Assembly (NCBI GenBank): GCA_964488505.1
Contig: CAZAUI010000003.1
Location: forward strand, 30,221-94,220
Origin: an uncultured Thermoplasmata archaeon
Lineage (GTDB): Archaea; Thermoplasmatota; Thermoplasmata; UBA10834
Direction of reading: 5' to 3'
DNA length: 64,000 nucleotides
Below the pieces are notes generated by a model, which worked only from the letters and a program-made list of their open reading frames with translations, had not been told where the DNA came from and did not search any database. The position numbers and the translations under genes were made by a program. This document shows, in pieces, positions 59,637 to 64,000 of this stretch (the first letter of the stretch is position 1; every line of letters begins with the position of its first letter).

Positions 59637-59864
59637 TCATGGGCGGTATGTGGACCACACTGCGGCTGTGACCATCCCGAAGACCCCGCCGAGGATGAGC
59701 ACGTAGCCGATAGGCTTCTCGACGAAGACCCCCAGTGCCGCGAGCATCAGGGACAGCATCACGAGCGCCGCGATCACCTTGGTCCTTGCAGCCGAGGGAC
59801 GGTAGTAAGACTCCCTCGCGTCCGCGCGGGCGTACTTCAACAGGTCCCTCGTCTCGCTGTCCAA
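59637..59864 (-). CDS. Small two-TM membrane protein
   Basis: 75 aa. Two hydrophobic helices. Co-directional with and 24 nt upstream of the zinc-ribbon membrane gene. Confidence 0.4.
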   Translation of the reverse strand: MDSETRDLLKYARADARESYYRPSAARTKVIAALVMLSLMLAALGVFVEKPIGYVLILGGVFGMVTAAVWSTYRP

Positions 59865-60027
59865 GCCTTCTCTCAGGCCCGACCCCCCACATGCTCCGGA
59901 ATCGTGTACGACGATTTAAGGGTGTTCGTCCTCGGGCCTTCTGCCCGGGGTCAGAAGCCACGAGTCAGTGCCAATAAATATCGCCGCAGCGATACCCTGA
60001 CTCGGGCATCCGGGGGGATTCAAAGGC

Positions 60028-61164
60028 ATGACTCTGAGGAAGGTATGTTCGACTTTGTCGTTGGCAATCGCATTGGTGGTCATCAGCCCGTGCTTCGGCT
60101 TCGGCTCGGCGCTCGCGAACGGGGCGGAGCCCGCCGAGGTCGCGTACAACCTGTACTTCGGCGACCTCCACTCGCACACTTCGTACTCGGACGGCACCGC
60201 CTTCCCGGATGACGCGTACGCCATGGCCAAAGGCGCGGGCGCGGACTTCCTGGCGATAACCGACCACTACTTCCAGCTCACAGAGCCTGAATGGCTCGCC
60301 CTGCAGGCCTCCGCGGACTCCAACACCGAGGACGGCGGGTTCGTCGCGATGGCCGGGTACGAGTACTACCTCTCCGGGATAAACGAGATCAACATCTACG
60401 CGACGGAGACGTTGGCGCCGTACCCCGGCCTGGCCCCGGAAGCGTACTACCAGGGCGACCGCATGACCGGCGGCTCGTTCATCCCGTGGATATACGATTG
60501 GCTCGCGAGCGAGGATGGCGCGATAGGCCAGTGGAACCACCCGCTCTCGTACGGCTGCCCCGTCGCGTGGGACTACTACCAGTTCGATTACTGCACCGAG
60601 GACCGCGACGATGCGATGGGCATGCTAGAGTGCTACAACTGGGGCTACCGCGACCCCAGCTATGTAAAGGCGCTCGACGCCGGCTGGCACATGATGCCGA
60701 CCGCCACCGAGGACGACCACTACGGGGATTGGATATCGCCGCTCGGCATACGGACCGTCCTGCTCTCGCCGAGCCTGACCAGGGAGGACCTGTACGATGC
60801 GATGAGGGCGGGCAGGGGATATGCGACCCTCGACTCGAACCTGGAGATACGGTTCGAGGTGGACGGCCAGGTCATGGGCTCGAGACTCTCGGACCCGGGG
60901 GCGGAGAGCTACACCGCGTCCCTGGACATATATGACCCCGACGGCGAGAGCGACATGATCACGCTCGTCGAGATAGTCTCCAACCGCAATGTGACGGTCT
61001 GGAGCGCATCTCCGTTCAGCAACAGCTTCACGGACCTGGAGATAGAGCTCCCGGGGAACGGCGAGCCGCAGTACTTCTTCGTCAGGGTGACGACGGTGTC
61101 GCCTCTGAACGGGGGTATCGAAGGGATTACTGCCTGGACCGCGCCTGTCTGGACGGACGACTGA
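60028..61164 (+). CDS. Secreted PHP-domain (CehA/McbA-like) metallohydrolase, paralog 2
   Basis: YNLYFGDLHSHTSYSDG, ADFLAITDH, WNHP, TEDDHY. C-terminus GITAWTAPVWTDD. Collinear with 34875-36164 at the protein level. Confidence 0.75.
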   Translation: MTLRKVCSTLSLAIALVVISPCFGFGSALANGAEPAEVAYNLYFGDLHSHTSYSDGTAFPDDAYAMAKGAGADFLAITDHYFQLTEPEWLALQASADSNTEDGGFVAMAGYEYYLSGINEINIYATETLAPYPGLAPEAYYQGDRMTGGSFIPWIYDWLASEDGAIGQWNHPLSYGCPVAWDYYQFDYCTEDRDDAMGMLECYNWGYRDPSYVKALDAGWHMMPTATEDDHYGDWISPLGIRTVLLSPSLTREDLYDAMRAGRGYATLDSNLEIRFEVDGQVMGSRLSDPGAESYTASLDIYDPDGESDMITLVEIVSNRNVTVWSASPFSNSFTDLEIELPGNGEPQYFFVRVTTVSPLNGGIEGITAWTAPVWTDD

Positions 61165-61205
61165 GCCCGGTCCGAATGGCACGGCCCGCGAGGGGTGCCG
61201 ATGGT

Positions 61206-61739
61206 CTACTGTACGACCTCGACCGCCAGCTCGTTCCTTCTCAGGAAGCCCGGCATGAAGGGCGGGTTGTACCTCATCAGGGACGGCTCTCCCTTGGTCT
61301 TCAGGCCCAGGCCCTCGACGTACGATATGAGCTCCGAGGTCCTCTCCCTGACATCCTTCTCCCGCGCGCGGCCTCGGAACCTGACCACGGCCATCCTCCT
61401 CGCGGGGAACGCCTCGACCTTGACCCTTTCGTCCCGGGGCTCAGGTATCGTTCCCACGTCTTGGCCCGAGGGCATCACGAACGAGAAGGACCGGCCGTCG
61501 GATATCACGGGGACGGTCATGGCTATCCTCTCCGAGGATATCACGGGCGCGGTCATCGGTATCTTGCGTCTGGGCGTGTTGTTGCCTGAGATGTAATCGA
61601 ACAGTATGCTGAAGGCGTCGTTGTCGGAGCGCCCGTACACCGTCGCCAGTACCATGCTCGGATATCTCCGGATCTCCAGAGGCTTGTCGGACCTCTCGAC
61701 TTCGTACTCGACCGAGTCTACCACGGCTCGGAGAATCAC
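61206..61739 (-). CDS. SOUL heme-binding family protein
   Basis: YEVERSDKPLEIRRYPSMVLA, KIPMTAPV..., IAMTVPV..., MRYNPPFMPGFLRRNE. Confidence 0.75.
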   Translation of the reverse strand: MILRAVVDSVEYEVERSDKPLEIRRYPSMVLATVYGRSDNDAFSILFDYISGNNTPRRKIPMTAPVISSERIAMTVPVISDGRSFSFVMPSGQDVGTIPEPRDERVKVEAFPARRMAVVRFRGRAREKDVRERTSELISYVEGLGLKTKGEPSLMRYNPPFMPGFLRRNELAVEVVQ

Positions 61740-61785
61740 ATGACTGAAGATAATGGTCTCGCCTGATTGGGCGGGGAGTTGGGGT

Positions 61786-62412
61786 TCAGAGGTTCGCGCC
61801 GCACGACTCGCAGGTCCTTCGGATGTCTTCGTTGAGTGCGCCGCAGTACCTGCACTTTATCTTCACGATCTGCCGTTCGACGATCTTCTCCTTCTCGACC
61901 CGCTCCCTCTCGACCGGGGACCGGGGCCTGCTCATGAGGTCCCTGATCCTCCCGGAGTCCTCGAACATGCCGAGGTCGTCGAAGACCATCGCCGCCTCCT
62001 CGTACCTGTGGGCGAGCTCCAGGTTCCTCCCCACCTGGGGGGCCGTCCTGCGGACCTCCTCGGCGCAGACGGGGCACAGCCGTTCCTTGTAATCCTGGAG
62101 CACCTCGCCCTCAGGCATGGCCATGACCTTGGCGATACCTTCCCTGTAGATCCTCGTGTCCTGGGCGGGCAGACGGTCGATCCTGACCTTCCGCGCCCTC
62201 TGGATGATATTGTCGTGCTGGTTCGGGAAGAGCAGCGTGGCCGACTTGCCGGAGATCATGGTCGCCCGGGCGTCCAGGCACTCCCTGTGGAATACGGTCC
62301 CGCAGCGGTCGCATGTCCGTTTGTTGGCCGAGAACCCCATCTTCGCGTTGCACGCCGGGCAGATCTTGTTCTTCTTCGGTTGCGAGCCCGGGGAAGGCGT
62401 TGCGCCGAACAT
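61786..62412 (-). CDS. Cytoplasmic protein with three zinc-ribbon/treble-clef motifs
   Basis: CPACN...CDRCG, CPVC, and C-terminal CRYCGALNEDIRRTCESCG. Central helical region. Confidence 0.55.
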   Translation of the reverse strand: MFGATPSPGSQPKKNKICPACNAKMGFSANKRTCDRCGTVFHRECLDARATMISGKSATLLFPNQHDNIIQRARKVRIDRLPAQDTRIYREGIAKVMAMPEGEVLQDYKERLCPVCAEEVRRTAPQVGRNLELAHRYEEAAMVFDDLGMFEDSGRIRDLMSRPRSPVERERVEKEKIVERQIVKIKCRYCGALNEDIRRTCESCGANL

Positions 62413-62606
62413 TCAAAGCACCAACTGCCCCAATCCGTCAGTGTGTTCATAAGCTTTCTTCAGAGGCACGGCGCGCGGGCGCGCGCGCAACAGGGCCGTC
62501 CCTCCCGGAGTCGTTATCATGCCTGATAAGTGCGAGTCACCCCGTATATACGGCGGCTCGTCATAGACGGCCCAACCAGAACGGACAAGATCCTTGGAGG
62601 TCTGCC

Positions 62607-63530
62607 ATGTCTAAGAGTAGGTGCCTTGGTCTCGTGCTCTCGGCGACCGTGTTCTCCATCTTATCGCTCGTGGCCGTCTCCGCAGGGGTCGCCGCGGACG
62701 CGCCCGGCGTGTACACCTCGACCGTGCCCGACGAGGGCTACTTCGACAGCACCTACCCCGCGGACTTCACCTACGACGCCAGGCTCACGCTCGAAGCGGG
62801 CGGCAGCGGCTCCCTCTGGCTGGAGTGCACCGACGTCGTCGTCTACATGGACGGTTGGGTGGACCCGGCCGAGGTGATAGGCGACTCGCAGACGGTCAAC
62901 CTCGACTGGACGATCTCCGGGACCTCGATCACGATCACCATCTACGACAACTACGGCGGCGTCTACGTCCTGCCCGTCACGCTCGACGGCAACAGGATCT
63001 ACGGGAGCGGCAGCTACGTCGACATCTCCTATGTGACCAACAGCTGGGAGATGGACGTCATCAAGAGCGGCGGCGGGGGCACCTCGACTTTCGGCGTCCC
63101 GAGCATCGCTGGCATCGCCGGCGCGGCCGCGATCGGCGGCTTCCTCGTCGGCTTCGCAGTGTCTCTCCTCCCAGCGCCCAGGAACATGGGCGGGTCCATA
63201 CTGCCCAGGAACCAGACCGTCTTGGGTACTCCGTACGCCCCGTCCCAGTCGGTGGTCGTCGACCACCAGCTGAGCTCCATGGCGGACCAGAGGGGCGGCG
63301 TCACTAGGCCGCTCCCCGACGTCGCGAGGATGCCCATGCAGCTCGACCCAATCCAGTTCCAGAACGTGCAGATGGGTGTGCCGACCGTGGTGCGCCCGAC
63401 GGACGTTCACAGCACGGACACGCTGTCCAAGCGCACATGCCCCAACTGCGGATCGACGCTCATATTCACGGCGGCGGGATGGTCCTGCCCAGGGTGCAAC
63501 AGGGCACCTCCGGGAGGTCTGGTCGAATGA
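62607..63530 (+). CDS. Type-I membrane protein: signal peptide, beta-rich ectodomain, TM, cytoplasmic tail ending in a zinc ribbon
   Basis: ATG 62607 with GGAGG 7 nt upstream. MSKSRCLGLVLSATVFSILSLVAVSAG. TM IAGIAGAAAIGGFLVGFAVSLL. CPNCGSTLIFTAAGWSCPGC. Confidence 0.6.
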   Translation: MSKSRCLGLVLSATVFSILSLVAVSAGVAADAPGVYTSTVPDEGYFDSTYPADFTYDARLTLEAGGSGSLWLECTDVVVYMDGWVDPAEVIGDSQTVNLDWTISGTSITITIYDNYGGVYVLPVTLDGNRIYGSGSYVDISYVTNSWEMDVIKSGGGGTSTFGVPSIAGIAGAAAIGGFLVGFAVSLLPAPRNMGGSILPRNQTVLGTPYAPSQSVVVDHQLSSMADQRGGVTRPLPDVARMPMQLDPIQFQNVQMGVPTVVRPTDVHSTDTLSKRTCPNCGSTLIFTAAGWSCPGCNRAPPGGLVE

Positions 63531-64000
63531 ACGAGATGGGCTACCCGCAGCAGTACCCCGGCTACCAGGCGCCGGCGTTCAACATGCAGATCGTCAGGCG
63601 CGCACTGACTGATGCGGAGAGGATGCTCCCCGGGAAGTTCTACAAGGTCGTGCAGAACGGGCTGAGGGCTATAGCCGTGGGATGCCTCGTGATGTTCATA
63701 CTGCAAACCTACGTGCTCTCGGCGTTCATCACCGATGCGATAACCTACGACACCGTGTCGACGGTGCTCTCCGTGTTCATGATCGTCTTCGGGCTGGTGG
63801 CCGTCGGGATGTCCGTGAACGCCATCGTGCTCAGGAAGAAGCTCGCACAGACCCTGGCGGACGGCACGGTCGTCGAGGTGCTAGCCCCGGCGTACAGGAG
63901 CATGACGAGGGGCAAAGGCCTCACATGGACCATCGGGCCGATATCCATCGTGCAGATGAGGGGCCTCGAGGGCATGATAGCTGAGGGACAGCCGACGAGC
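63527..64000 (+). CDS. Membrane protein, 3' end outside window (not in the ORF track because it runs off the end)
   Basis: ATG overlaps the previous stop (ATGA). My translation MNEMGYPQQYPGYQAPAFNMQIVRRALTDAERMLPGKFYKVVQNGLRAIAVGCLVMFILQ... has no stop to nt 64000 and uses host-like codons. Two TM helices. Confidence 0.55.
   Translation, partial: MNEMGYPQQYPGYQAPAFNMQIVRRALTDAERMLPGKFYKVVQNGLRAIAVGCLVMFILQTYVLSAFITDAITYDTVSTVLSVFMIVFGLVAVGMSVNAIVLRKKLAQTLADGTVVEVLAPAYRSMTRGKGLTWTIGPISIVQMRGLEGMIAEGQPTS

Noticed and set aside
1-64000. Mobile elements, prophage, integrative islands or known defence systems (CRISPR-Cas, RM, TA, CBASS-like).
   Set aside because: I recognised no transposase, integrase, recombinase, capsid/terminase, Cas, methyltransferase/endonuclease pair or flanking direct repeats. 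Only compositional hints of foreign origin exist (20.7-22.0 kb, 27.4-29.3 kb, 45.1-48.2 kb). Those were judged by eye and need computation.

Overview
The window reads as a gene-dense, high-GC archaeal chromosome segment. Archaeal markers are ribosomal protein L15e, a family-B DNA polymerase, a DUF134/DUF5320 cluster and one PEF-CTERM-like sorting signal. All calls rest on reading the ORF translations for motifs I recognise; no database search or computation was run. I support about 63 protein-coding genes. I found no rRNA, tRNA, CRISPR array, transposase, integrase or prophage gene by eye. Many adjacent genes are translationally coupled (ATGA, TGATG, GTGA or TAATG overlaps at 1099, 4928, 11760, 14628, 25590, 36935 and 63527). 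Several first genes sit 22-35 nt behind TATA-like boxes, which suggests leaderless transcripts, while internal genes carry GGAGG/GGTGA Shine-Dalgarno sequences. Content by region: (i) housekeeping genes on the left: an Obg-like GTPase, PolB, L15e and a decayed ThiI-like protein. (ii) Amino-acid and peptide catabolism: two class-III aminotransferases plus methylmalonate-semialdehyde dehydrogenase, tungsten-type aldehyde:ferredoxin oxidoreductase, DDAH, ornithine cyclodeaminase plus threonine dehydratase, saccharopine dehydrogenase and an MttB-family methyltransferase without pyrrolysine. (iii) An unusually large set of secreted or membrane-anchored hydrolases, often as paralog pairs: clostripain C11 x2, papain C1, C45/Ntn x2, PHP-domain x2 and a PLC/P1-nuclease-like enzyme. 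(iv) Scattered peptide-ABC parts decorated with PKD arrays. (v) Oxidative-stress genes (catalase, flavodoxin/WrbA-like, SOUL) and several zinc-ribbon membrane proteins of unknown function. This profile resembles peptide-degrading sediment Thermoplasmatota-like archaea, but that placement is only an inference. The candidates I rank highest for undescribed biology are: the protease island at 38.5-44.2 kb with a stand-alone ~190-aa CHAT/caspase-like protein, a Zn-ribbon-LOR protein and a clostripain/BsuPI-like inhibitor divergent pair; the ABC transporter whose permease carries three PKD modules and is followed by a NifX-like gene; the orphan non-Pyl MttB homolog; and recurrent short DNA motifs (TTCGAA-based palindromes in promoters, AAACCC(C)TT elements in 3' flanks). 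None of these can be proven from sequence alone.
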